Shown here in pieces: positions 1 through 12,211 of a stretch of DNA of 64,000 bases. This DNA is from Antedon mediterranea (Eukaryota > Animalia > Echinodermata). The notes below the pieces were generated by a model that saw only the letters and a list, made by a program, of their open reading frames with translations, was not told the origin of the DNA and did not search any database. The DNA is taken from NCBI RefSeq assembly GCF_964355755.1, contig NC_092672.1, forward strand, positions 29,394,437 through 29,458,436, given 5' to 3'. Made by a program: the position numbers and the translations under genes. Each line of letters starts with the position of its first letter. Position 1 is the stretch's first letter.

Positions 1-143
1 TGAGGAGAACCGAATCTTCATGTTATGCTGTATCACCGAATTTGCATAGATATTGAAAAAATATCGTCATATACGGTCACCGACCGAGAATCAAGTGAAT
101 CACAAAATCTATTATAACATTCGGGTTAGGTTAGGCTAGGCTT

Positions 144-299
144 AGCTCTCTCTACATTATCAAACTTTATGTGACAAAAATGCGATGTATCCATGATTAT
201 ATGGACATGATATATATCTACCATATTTAAGCATATCACTACCATATTTGGGCACATCACTTTGTTTGGTCAAACTAGTTTGATAGTGTAGATAAAGCT
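144..299. mobile_element. MITE family A copy
   Basis: AGCTCTCTCTACATTATCAAACT...AGTTTGATAGTGTAGATAAAGCT. Confidence 0.8.
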
Positions 300-824
300 T
301 TAGTATTTTTTTACAAAATAAATCATATATTGGTGATTGAAATTGCATAATAAGAACAAAGTCAAAGATTATTTGTATTTTATGCAATGACGTATCCTGA
401 ATTCATGAAAGGAGTGTATATAGTGTTGGATTTGATTGAGCCCCACCGAGAATTCCCAAGCTTAAACTGTAGGCTCTCTGGGCTTAACATTGTCCAACCA
501 CATTGATCAGTTCCTTTCATTTTTTGCAGTGAAGAAAAGTCTTGCAGTAGGCCTATTACCCGGGGTACCACAAAAAGAACCCATTATTCTAATGTATAGG
601 CGACAACTCCCTGATGCGTTTCACAAAACCAAATGCTGGATATAAATATACACGATAGGTCTAAACTAATTCAGTACGGAACTTCACACAACCAATTTGT
701 GTAGGCCTACTGGAAATTTTTTGGATTCCATGTAGGCTAAATACAAAACATCGTTGGGAAAACCATGGAGAAATAATTCTCCATGGGAAAACAAACAGGC
801 TGCAATATCGATTGGAATTTTATT

Positions 825-1405
825 CGTAAAGACCCTAATTGAGTTACCTTAATTCTATACAGATCATCAGATTTTAACTTTCTGCCGTTTATCGTTTTCA
901 TTTTCAATTCAATTTCTTTTATTTCTTATTATTTCTTTCTTCCTTAACCGAGTTTATAAAAAAGCTAACATTCTATGTGGAAGATTTTAACTTTCTGCTT
1001 ATAAATAGTGAAATATATATAGAAAACACACAGTTGTGTTTATCGTTTTGGTAGAGTAATTCTTTGCAGGTTTGGATCAAGGATAAGACCTTAATTGAGT
1101 TTCAAAAAACTTAAATTCTATGCTAAAGATTTTAACTTTCTGATTAGTGAAATATATATAGAAAACACACAGGTGTGTTTATCGTTTTGGTAGAGTGATT
1201 CTGGATCGAGGGTAAGACCTTAATTGAGTTTCAAAAAACTTAAATTCTATGCTAAAGATTTTAACTTTCTGCTTAGTGAAATATATATAGAAAACACACA
1301 GGTGTTGGTAAACAGACGCGTTATCGAGAGGCATTCATTGAAACTTTAATTAAGTTTCACAAAAACTAAATTCTATGCTAAAGATTTTAACCTTCTGCTT
1401 AGTGA
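825..1405. repeat. Degenerate tandem repeat with a ~120-bp unit, about 4-5 copies
   Basis: Recurrent AAGACCTTAATTGAGTTTC...AATTCTATGCTAAAGATTTTAACTTTCTG. Confidence 0.8.
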
Positions 1406-2196
1406 ACGGTACGCAATAGAAAGCTGATCACAAGAGTAAACAGGCGTGATATCCATTGGTATTCATTAACATTGTTTTAATCCAGTATTCAGGCTCTAAT
1501 ACAGTGTTTCTCAAAACCAATTCTGAAAACTTTTAGATTAACGAAACCCCTTGATGAAACGGAATCACTCTTATAAAAGAATTAAAAGATTTTCATCTGT
1601 AAGGTACACAGATGCGCAATCGAAAATACCTAATGTGTGAAAGAATTAACACGTCTAGTGTTTATGTACAATCGAGGTGTTATGCGAAAATTAGCCGACA
1701 ATAAACCACCACTTTTCCCTCTTAATCTTTTAATTACTGAGCGGTAATGAGAAAATAGCACAAAATAGACACTTTTTATCTCCAACATTGTCATCCTTTT
1801 ATCCCATCTTGTAGTTTTTTTGTTTGTTAAAAGCGAGTTATTAACGAGGACAAAGGGTTACACGTGGTGTACTTAAATTTTAAAACACCCCCAGCTGTAA
1901 ATGGTTCTTTTGATTCGTTAGATATTTTAGTGATTTGAATTTCCTACGGTAACCAGGGAGTTGTGCGGTAACCGATTTTTCAATTTTATCATGCATGCTG
2001 CCGACAGTATACACTGTGCAGTATCGTGTCTGCTGACGGTAACATGCCTATACCAGGGCACCTATACAGTAGAACCCACCTAAAAAAGTGTCCACTTAAT
2101 AGTAGTGTCCCTGGATACCGCCCCAATTTGGATTTGCTGTAGTTGCACATATAGGCCTTATTATGTTCTCGTTCGTTTCTTCGCAAGGAAGTGCCG

Positions 2197-2580
2197 GTGT
2201 CCCTTTAATATAGGGGTGACGTCCCTTTAATGTAGGGGTGTCCCTTTAATATAGGGGTGACGTCCCTTTAATATAGGGGTGTCCCTTTAATATAGGGGTG
2301 ACGTCCCTTTAATGTAGGGGTGTCCCTTTAATATAGGGGTGACGTCCCTTTAATGTAGGGGTGACTTCCCTTTAATATAGGGGTGACGTCCCTTTAATGT
2401 AGGGGTGTCCCTTTAATATATGGTTTCCCTTTAATTTAGGGGTGACCCTTTAATATAGGGGTGTCCCTTTAATATAGGGGTGTCCTTTAATTTAGGGGGT
2501 GTCCCTTTAATATAGGGGTAATAATTATTGTATTCTCGTTTCGCAAAAAAATTGTCCCTTTAATAGGAGTGTCCCCTATA
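2197..2580. repeat. 19/22-bp minisatellite GTCCCTTTAAT(A/G)TAGGGGT(GAC) inside a CAGTAGAACC-type element (~2065-2606)
   Basis: More than 15 visible units. Confidence 0.9.
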
Positions 2581-4185
2581 GGATATCCCATAGTACAGTT
2601 ACTGTATTCGATTCCGTGAATTTTCATTATACATTAATAATTTTAGCTTTTACCGGTAGTTCATACTCCTTGCAATATAAACATTGATTGAGTAGATTAC
2701 AAGTACTGTATATACAAAATATAAATATAAATCCAAAGGCAAGATACTGAAAAAATGACATTTTGGTATCAGTGGCTGGATTTCAATGGAGATACAAAAA
2801 AAGCGAAAAGCTAAATCAAAACGATAAAGTAAAACAGCCAGAATAAATTTATAAATGTCATCATTGATGTTAGGCCTGCAGTATAAAATTAAAAGTACTG
2901 TACATTGAAATAACCATAGGCCTACTGGAGCTGTAGTTTGGTTGCTAACTTGCTTGCAAATAACATAATAAAACAAGTATACAAACACATTAAAAACATA
3001 CGTTCACGTGAGAGGGAATATATAGACTTAACACTGCACTCTTTACACTATTCAGAGATTTACGCTCTCTAGCCCAAATATATATTTTTTATTGTTTAAA
3101 AAGTGCACAGACTTTCTATCTGTGCATTGTTATTCTTTTATCTATCTTGTTCTTTTTTTCTGTATAGTTATTATTAAGTACGATTTTTGTGTGTGTGTAA
3201 ATTGTATTACAGTCGGAAATCTTAGTTTATGATCACACTCTCATTTCCATGTCGGCAAACTGCAGGATTCGATTTTTATTATTATTGTAGGCCTATAAAT
3301 GAGAAATAGTCTTTGTGTTTGAAGAGGATAGGATGTAATAAATCGTGCCAGGAAAGAAAAATGTTTAAATTGTTTTACACAGACCACCACCGGATTACTC
3401 CTTCGTGCCACGTACTAACTTCAACGAAAAGCTGAAACAACAACTTTTGTATATTTTATCATGCGAATACCACTCATAATATTAATAATAACAAAATGTA
3501 AACTTTTTTCCCCACAAATAACTTCCAATTATATATTTTCGGCGTTTTTTTAAAGGCAAATAATAACAATCTATCTATTTCATCTATCTTTAATTTACCC
3601 TCTCTTCCCCTTCCTACAACATTATAGTATTTTTTGCAATTAAACTATTTTTTCCAGGATATAACTTTCAATTAGTTAATATTTTCGGCGTTTCTTTGAG
3701 GCCAATAAATAATCTGTCCATTTTCAGTATCTATTTCGGCTATCTTTAATGCACTCTTTCGGACTTCCTTTATTTGTAGATATTCTTATACTTATACTAT
3801 TGATGATTCCGACAAAATGTACTATTGCGTATTATTATATACTGTGTACTGAACCGTGTATTTCGTGTTGATGCAGTTCTTTGGTTATCAGGATAGAGTG
3901 ATTAATTGTATATTCTGCACGTGGTTAAAGAAAGAACAGGGCACTCATAAGAGAGCTCACACCTCAGACCATGCTCAGACTAGCATATGAAAATTTAAGG
4001 AAGTACATACATAATCCAGGGAGTTGTTATTAGTAACAACTCACTGCATAATCTATACATCGGGCGAGTTAATTTTTTCTTTTTCATTTTTTTAAATATC
4101 AAAAAATAAAAAATAATATATGTTTACCAAATTATACTAGCTGAAATCTTGTGAAAATCGGTCAATAACTTTATTTATTTATTTT

Positions 4186-4255
4186 TTTTTATTTCAACAA
4201 TATTTTACGAGGGTGGTCCATCCAGCCGAAGCTGATCATTAGAGACCCTCACAAA
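4186..4255 (-). mobile_element. Short LINE-like 3' end (second copy at ~60625-60692)
   Basis: Shared TTTTATTTCAACAATATTTTA-GAGGGTGGTCCATCCAGC-GAAGCTGATCATTAG-GACCCT, a stem-loop followed by AATAAA on the minus strand. Confidence 0.55.
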
Positions 4256-6594
4256 ATACATCATGACAAGACATAAACATGTTACAATAAAAATAAAATT
4301 GAATTGAATCAAACTTGTTGTGTATGCCTAATCCCCCTAACTAACAAAAATAGATCAAAGAAAACAAGAACACACACACAGACACTAGCGATCGACTCAA
4401 CTCTTCTGCCCTTGAATTATGTATTCAGTATTATTTATTTATTTGTTGATTACTCTTTATTTATATATATATATACTCGTTGACATGACTCATTTTTTCT
4501 GGTGGAACTATATAGCCTTAAGCCCTCTAGGCTTATTTAAGTTTTTCCAGCACAAGTGCATTCTACTCATTTTTTTTGTTTTTACATAATGATGAATCTT
4601 TATTTTTGTCTTGTGTGAGTTCATCTCACGTTTATTTAAATTCTCATTGGTGAATATATTATATACATATAAGTACATTTGTGACAATTAAAAGTAAGTG
4701 TTTAAAGTAGTTAAAATACAGGTATATTTACACAATAAGATGATTGAATTCAGTATTAACCATATTTGTTTTCAATAAAATTTTAGATACGATGTTAATT
4801 AAAATGTAAAAATGAAAAATGGCGGTAAAATACATGATTACAAATTTTCTTGTTAAACTATCTTATTTGTGATCTTATTTGTGTTCGAGTAGAGAGGCTA
4901 TAAACTCAGGGGAGGAAAATGATGAATCTTATGAAAATAAAATTGAATTGAATAACCTCTCGCCATTCTGGTGGAGGTTGAACAGTGACGTACACACTGT
5001 AAGAAAGGGGTCTCTCCTTTGTTAGATATCTTGGTTTTTTTATCACTCCGAAACAGTAAAAAAACAAATTGCCAATGATTGACTGAATTGTTGTATTTTG
5101 TGTACATTATAGTTATGAAAAATGTATGTACAAAAATGTCACAGCGTAAAATAAAAATAAATATATTCAATTAAAATGATAAATTGGTTTGTTTTGCCGG
5201 TGTACATTATTATTATAATATAAATACAAAGGCAAAATACTGAAAAAATGACAATGCTGTGGATATCAGTGGGAGATACAAAAAAAAAGCGAAAAGCTAA
5301 ATCAAAATTATTATTATAATATTTATACAACATAAACATGTTATGTTAAATTGTTTAAATGTCATGTAGTATACGTGTAGGCTACGCCTCTTACAATCTG
5401 AATATAAAAAAATAATGTATAGGCCTCCTATTCATGAACATGACTTTTGAAAACTACATTTTTTCCACATAATACTGGAAAGTTCTTGTCCGTAAAGTAC
5501 AATCTGCCATACGATATGTGGAGTATTGGATTATTTTACACTCTTGGGAAAATAAACTTTTGATGCATTTGTTAAGTTAGCAATAATGCCAGAATTATTA
5601 GCTTTTCTGCACGAGCAAATACCGCGTATAAGCATGGATAATGAAAGACTTACGCCCGTATTCTAACCGGACTTTAGTCGTAGTTCGAGCTAAAACTTTT
5701 AAAATGACGTCATTTTAATTCATAAACCGAACTTCAACTAAATCGGCAATCCATGGAAGATGAGAAAAATTAGCGCCCCAAAAGTTTATTATGAATTCAA
5801 TTTTACACGTTTGTTCACTTAATTCTGTATATCATCATTCAAGATCGATAATGACGAGATGGGATGGATGGATGAAGAAAATTCTTCTCATTCGTTTTAT
5901 TATTTAACGTCCCTTGACTAAATAGAATGAGTGATTTTAACGTTCATTGATAACAAAACCCAAAGTCATAAATAGCATACAGTAGGGCCTAACAGTGAGA
6001 TTAAATAATACCCTACTTGAGTGTGATAGACCATCGCAATACAATTCTGCAAAAAAAAAGAGTACAGAGGATGACTTGAAGACACTTGTGACACACCCGG
6101 CCCATGACAGGAAAAAAATGGTCCAATGTAGTATTCTAACGAGGCATCTTATAGTGGGGAACCTAATGTAATTCCGTGATATTTTAATGCTCAAGTTGAG
6201 TTTTTGGCAGTTTTGAAATCCTTAGGACCAGCAGAATTCATTGCAACTGGGGGCCAATTTTTGGATTTCAAAATGGCCCCCATTTTTTACTCAAAACTGA
6301 TAGTAGCTCCTATTTTAAACCACGTACGAACGTAATTTGTGTGATAACTCTTACAATATTATGATAAATCAGTCCAATGGTACAATTTATAAGAATAGCA
6401 TATGGCAGCCATATTGAATTCCAAGATGGCCGCCATTAAAAACGTATATAATGTATGCATTTTATAGTCGGGGTCGACCTCGTGTATTTCCGTAGGATTT
6501 TAATGCCCAAAGTGAGATTTCACTTCTTTAATAGGTGCTAGGATACCAAATATGCTAACAAATTTTCACGATCCCGTAACCATGGTAACAGTCC

Positions 6595-6843
6595 CAAGAT
6601 CAAAATGGCGCCCAATTGGCCCTATGATCTATCTCCGTATCCCTGGACTAACTTTTAACCAATTGGTGGATCGATCAGTGTGAGTTAGCAATAATAGTTT
6701 ACAGCGAACGTATATGAAATAAAATAGAGGGCGATGTATTACAATTTTTGACTCGCGATCATCGCGAGACGACGACGAAGACGACACACCGAACGAGACA
6801 ATTGAGAGTTGGGGGCCATTTTGTTTCCTTTTTTGCAGACAAA
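6595..6843 (+). promoter_or_regulatory. Probable THAP gene promoter and 5' UTR
   Basis: Local CpG enrichment, YY1-like AAAATGGCG (6602) and GCCATTTT (~6814), CCAATTGG boxes, and the palindrome CTCGCGAT-C-ATCGCGAG (6752-6768). Confidence 0.5.
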
Positions 6844-7002
6844 ATGCCGGGATGCAGTGTTGTTGGATGCAAAACTCGTCGTAAAAAAGGTTTAACAATA
6901 AGATTGCATAGATTTCCAGCTAATCCAATTAGAAGAAAACACTGGCAAGAAAATGTTGGGCGGAAGGGATGGATTCCTAAAAAAAATAGTTTAATTTGTC
7001 AG
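6844..7002 (+). CDS. THAP gene coding exon 1 (N-terminal half of the THAP zinc finger)
   Basis: MPGCSVVGC...LHRFPANPIRRKHWQENVGRKGWIPKKNSLICQ; donor CAG|GTACAA at 7003. Confidence 0.92.
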
Positions 7003-10000
7003 GTACAAAAATACTCTGCTGAGTTTTGAAGGGAAGAAGGGGGCCCTTCCTGACTGCCTGCCTGCTGCTGTGTACTCCTGTTGTTGACGTTGTTGAGCCT
7101 GACTAGCCGGCTGGCCGCGATCAAAATAGGCTACTAGCTAGCTTAGGCCTAGTCTTAACTTTATAGGCCTATGGCTATGCCTACCCAAAGCTAGGCATAG
7201 AGCTTGCTTGACTAGCCTGGCCTAGGCCTACTACTACTAGGCCTAGAGACTATCATCAGTATCATGCTAGCTAGAAAGAGGGAGGCTAGGAAGTAGGCCT
7301 ACTACTCTAGTCTAGGCTAGCCTCCTAGCCTACTACTAGATCCTAGGGCCTAGGCTAGGCCTAGAAGGTAGTTTTTAGTACAGCTTAATAATAATAGGAG
7401 GGCGCTATTGACATTGACTTTATTAAAGTTTTCATTTTATCTTGCATTTCTATTAATTAAAAATTAGGCCTTCTTTGTTGAACAGAAAGGGCTATAAATT
7501 ATAATTAATTTCAATAGGCTAATTAATTCCTAAGCGTGATTAAAAATTTCAATATAGTACAGTATTAGTAAATTATAAATAGAAAATTTGAATGGTTTGT
7601 TTATGTATTTGTCCTAAAGTTAAACGCACACATTCATTTTACAGTATTGTTGTATAAAGTCTAGTAATTTACTTAACATTTTCTTTACCAGGCACATTTT
7701 GATGATGATCAATTTGAGAAAAATCGAACAGATGGAAAACGAAATCTTAAATTCAATGCAGTACCAACAATTTTTCCGCATGGTCGACACCTACGAAAGC
7801 CATTAAAGAGAACGTACATAGCTCATAATAGTGGACTCAAGTTGAAGATTCCGGAGAGAGTGACTGCCGACCATAATTACTGCGCTAAAGATATGCCATC
7901 TGAAAGACCTGGAAGAGCTAGGCCCCCTAGGTCACCTCTCAAACTAGGTTTGTACTATGAACAAAATATTTACAGTAGGAGCTTCATTTTAAGTAATAAA
8001 AATAGTCGCTTTTGTAGAGAGAATGAACATGTATGGCAATTGTCTCACAGCCATGGCTTTGTGGTTTGTTGTTAAATTGCGCCCTCAATGTAAGAAAATA
8101 ACACTATTTATGTAATAAATTACGTTGTTTTATGCGTACGTAAACTCCAGGGAACGTAAAATCAGAGTATGTAAAACAAAGGTTCTACTAGCAGATATTG
8201 GATTAGTATTATTTTTTTCTTTGATTGAATAACTGCCTTGCCACATAAATATACATGTGACACAATATTATATTTTATAACATGCCTGATTGTATTTTTG
8301 ATTGGTTTTTATTATGCATCATGCGTCGGAAAAGTGATATCTAATGGTGATAATTAATACGCTCTATAAATGCACGTTCAGCTTTTCGTTGTCTGACCTT
8401 GACTGATGCGCTTTCAAAATCAACTTGTTGTGTGCGCCGTCTATAACTGTTGTACTCTGCATCCAAAGTTGAAGAACTGCCATTTTTAATGGCCTACTGT
8501 AGCTCCCAGCCTAGAATTTTTCAATGATTTACAATGTATAAATTGTATAAATTATTTGTTGAATATAGAATAACAACAAATTTCAATTTAATATAGCGCA
8601 AAATGCAGGGCGCTCCTAATTATTGAAAAATCAACAGAAAAGAAAAGTCAAACGATTAATGAAGAAAAATTTGACTGGCAATATTTTCAACTTGGCTCCA
8701 CCTCATTATTAAAAATAGAGCAGTAAATTTGTCAACTTGTATAATATTCTCATCATCACATTCATTATCATTTTGATTCACAATTATTATTTCTTCACTT
8801 CTATATATTTTTTTTATTTTAGAATTTGATAAGTCATCTTATCCATGGCTACGGAAATCAACCACTAAAACCAAAAATTCCAAAAGATCCAGCTATAAAA
8901 GTTCAAATCAAACCAACACTCAAAATCTGGCTCACATGGACAGTCAAAATCTGCGTAATATTGACGCGCAACATTCTGTTCACACTGACCAACAGCATTC
9001 TGTTCACACTGGCACTCAAAATCTGGCTCATATTGACAATGAGGATCATACCTACAGTGACACTCAAAATTGTATTCACACAGAAAATCAAAATAGCGAA
9101 AATCTGATTGAAACTGACAATAAATGTGGAAAGGAGGAACACTCATTTTCAAGACCGAATTCCGAATCAAATTCAGAAATGATAGAAGAGCTCAAAACAT
9201 CTCTTCGTAAATCTGAGAGAAAATGCGAGAAGTTGATAAAAGAAAGAGAAATACTGACAGCTGCTTTTAAGAAGTTTTTTGCAGAGGACCAATTGAAGGC
9301 CCTCGCTACAGGTGGTTTACATGGCATTGAATGGACGAGTGAAACTATTAAGAAAACGATGGAATTGAAGTCTATTTGTGGACGAAAAGGTTATCGATAT
9401 CTTTTGGCTAAAAACTACCTGTTTCCTTCCGAAAGAACTTTACAACGAAGAATAAGACGTAAGTAATGTTGAATTTGCATATTAGAAATGTGTATGTAAA
9501 TTAGCATGCCTAATTAACATAAAGTAATATGGTTATCCCAACTTGTATAAGTGTGCATGTTTTAACATAAATTCAAAAGTTTTTACCAATAATTTGCATT
9601 TTTTATGTACTTGTGCAATGATGACACATTTTTTTAAGATAAGGTAATTTCATTAAAGGAGAACTATTTATCAGAAAGGCATATAGTCGACCTTTCCAAT
9701 AAACAATTTATGCATGGTTGATGGTGCCAATAGCCTCATCCCATAATAATATTAATATCAAATAATAATAAAATCTTTATTTTAAAACGGAGGCTCGTTC
9801 ACAACAAAATGTGTTCTTCCACGATGCCGTATGAAAGAAATAAAACTACAATATCACAATTATCAAACTGATGAACAAAATGTATTTATCAGTATGTAAA
9901 GTAAATATTTGTTTTTCCAGAAGAGAAAAAAGAAAAGGAGGAGAAAGCTATGGATGAAAAAGCAAAGATTGGAGAAAGATATGAACCAGGCACCCAAAAT

Positions 10001-10690
10001 GTAGATGGTGCTCATGTCAGTTCACCATCATCAGATATGGTTGTCCTAAGACTTCTAGACAGTGAAAACGGCACTGTACAGGACTTGGCTTGTAACGATG
10101 AAAATGTCTTAGCTTTGTTTGGGATCACAAGGACAATAGGAGATGGACAAATTGTACCAGAAAGTGCTACCAATGGAAGAGATGAGACTACAGAGCATAT
10201 TCTCCCTGATGAATTAATTAAAATATGTCAAAGTGAGGAATTTCTACAGACTAATAGTGAAGGAATGACATTTGAAATTGGAGACATTTCGACAAATAAT
10301 GACAATGTTGTATTAGGGACTAGGCAGTGTTTACAGCAGCAAGCCAATAATGGAACTAGTATATCTGGAATACAGCAACAAAACAGTGCAAGTTGCAGTG
10401 ATGTTTTGCCTGTAGTACTGCAACAACCCACTCTGGGTCACAGTACTGATTCACCTGTAACTAATATGGTCTCTTCCAGTAATTCTCTCTCCACAACCAT
10501 AGATACAGAAACTGAAGTGGTTGTGACAGCTGATTTTCTTGAGCCAAATGGCCCTTTGGTTGAAGTCCTTGCCATTCCTTATATGATGGAGAGTAGTATA
10601 GTAGACGGTGCTAGCCACGAAGCTGTCTATGCGTCTATCCAGGACCAGTGCAGTAACATGCTATTGCAACAACATCCAAAACATTCATAG
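6844..10690 (+). CDS. THAP-domain protein derived from a P-element transposase N-terminus; 4 coding exons 6844-7002, 7692-7947, 8823-9458, 9921-10690 (1821 nt, 606 aa)
   Basis: All three introns are GT-AG with matching phases (0,1,1). The spliced ORF has no internal stop. It contains the THAP signature C-x4-C...FP...W...C-x2-HF...AVPTIF, then DHNY and DHTY motifs, a coiled coil and a P-transposase-like segment. Confidence 0.88.
7692..7947 (+). CDS. THAP gene exon 2 (zinc-ligand His, AVPTIF box, DHNY HCF-1-binding motif)
   Basis: Acceptor TTTACCAG| then AHFDDDQFEKNRTDGKRNLKFNAVPTIFP...TADHNYC; donor G|GTTTGT. Confidence 0.92.
8823..9458 (+). CDS. THAP gene exon 3 (8-aa repeat linker, coiled coil, P-transposase-like helical region)
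   Basis: Poly-T acceptor AG at 8821-8822, in frame with ORF 8936-9466; ends FPSERTLQRRIR with donor C|GTAAGT. Confidence 0.88.
9921..10690 (+). CDS. THAP gene exon 4 (acidic, Ser/Thr/Gln-rich, probably disordered C-terminus)
   Basis: Acceptor GTTTTTCCAG|; phase 1 joins exon 3 to the 246-aa ORF 9950-10690. Confidence 0.8.
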
Positions 10691-10885
10691 AGATACAGCC
10701 ATAGAGGTAGTATTAAACAACTAGAGAGTCAACTCCAACACAAGGCAACACATTCATAAATATCTTGAGATACAGCCATATAGCTAGTATTAAACAACTA
10801 GAGAGTCAACTCCAACACAAGGCAACACATTCATAAATATCTTGAGATACAGCCATATAGAGGTAGTATTAAACAACTAGAGTGT
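10680..10885 (+). repeat. Tandem repeat with a ~77-bp unit, about 2.6 copies, overlapping the THAP stop codon
   Basis: GAGATACAGCCATA...TAGTATTAAACAACTAGAG occurs three times. Confidence 0.85.
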
Positions 10886-11058
10886 CGCTCTAACATTGCA
10901 GTAACACTGAAGAAAACCAAGCTGAAGAAATGAGTCTAAAAAATCTTAAATCATATTCCAGAGAGTGCAAACAAAAATAACATTTTTATTGAAGTTTTGA
11001 ATAACTTTTTGAGAGCACTATTTTTGCAATAGTACCCAGGCAAAGGTAAATAGGTTAA

Positions 11059-11239
11059 AGGGTCTTTCACACCTGTTCCGGCACGGTTCCGGTCCGGCGC
11101 CGGAAAATCCAATCGAACGCCAATGTTTCGTTTTCACGCGGCTACGCACATATCGATTGGCGCATAGCCGCGTGAAAACGAAACATTGATGTTCGATTCG
11201 CCGGACCGGAACCGTGCCAGAACAGGTGTGAAAGACCCT
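11059..11239. mobile_element. Palindromic PIF/Harbinger-type MITE (181 bp)
   Basis: TIR AGGGTCTTTCACACCTGTTC continues as an almost full-length hairpin; TAA on both sides. Confidence 0.85.
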
Positions 11240-11658
11240 TAATACAACTGCAATAATAATAAAGAAAATAAACGGGTGGAAAAGTATACAAAAAATGTCT
11301 AATAGATGGATGGTACATATTCTATGGAGAGATGGATGGTGGATATATAACAGAATGAATGGATAATTGGATTGATAGATGGATGGAGTTAATATCATTA
11401 AGAAAATGATACTGTATTATCTAATGTGTTAACATAAGTAAGGTTCTGTTAATAAACAATATTGATTGAAATTTAAAATACTGGCATTTTTTTTTCTGTT
11501 TTTACTGTTTACTAAAGCTATTTCTACACTATCAAACTAGTTTGAGAAAAAAAGTATCATATGCCCAAATATGGTAGTGATATGCCCAAATATGGTAGTG
11601 GTATGACATGTCCATATATGGACACATCATATTTTTTTTATCACATGAAGTTTGATAG

Positions 11659-12211
11659 GGGTATTGCTAAACACCGCAAACCCCGCAAACCTCCAAAAAA
11701 ACATAGCAAACCCCATCGAACCAACATAAAAGTGATTGAATCATGTAGTGTACAACCCACTGGGTATATCCATGTAAAAAAAATAATACATTTTTACTGT
11801 TAACTAATTATTTTTGGGGTAAAACATCATTTTTTGGTAAAAAATGATTGCGAATTTTTAACCAAAAAATGATGTTTTATCCCCAAAAAAGTAGTTAACA
11901 GTAGAAATTTAATAATTTATATACCCAGTCGGTCGTACACTACATTATTCAATCACTTTTATGTTGGTTCGGTGGGGTTTGCTATGGTTTTTTGGAGGTT
12001 TGCTGGGTTTAGCAATCATTTTTGACCAAAAAATGATGTTTTACCCCAAAAATAAGTTGTTAACAGTAGAAACTTAATATTTTTTTTTACATGGATATAC
12101 CCAGTGGGTTGTATACTACATGATTCAATCACTTTTATGTTGGTTCGATGGGGTTTGCTATGTTTTTTTGGAGGTTTGCGTTTGCGGGGTTTGCGGTGTT
12201 TAGCAACACCC
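11659..12211. mobile_element. Foldback Mutator-like non-autonomous element nested in MITE family A
   Basis: About 190-bp inverted arms (GGGTATTGCTAAAC...GTTTAGCAACACCC) and a 9-bp TSD GTTTGATAG at 11650 and 12212. Confidence 0.8.

Noticed and set aside
160-387. ORFs containing PKYGSD (also at 11561 and the start of 49194-49508)
   Set aside because: They are translations of the non-coding MITE family A interior
2197-2580. Short regular repeats resembling a CRISPR array (also 28975-29310)
   Set aside because: No unique spacers, no cas genes and a eukaryotic context; these are plain minisatellites
8826-9327. Alternative-frame and antisense ORFs over THAP exon 3
   Set aside because: They are shadows of the 24-nt coding repeat; only one frame fits the splice phases
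6844-10690. Intact THAP9-like active transposase
   Set aside because: No DDE/RNase H or GTP-binding domain sequence is visible after exon 3 and no flanking TIRs were found, so no gene symbol was assigned
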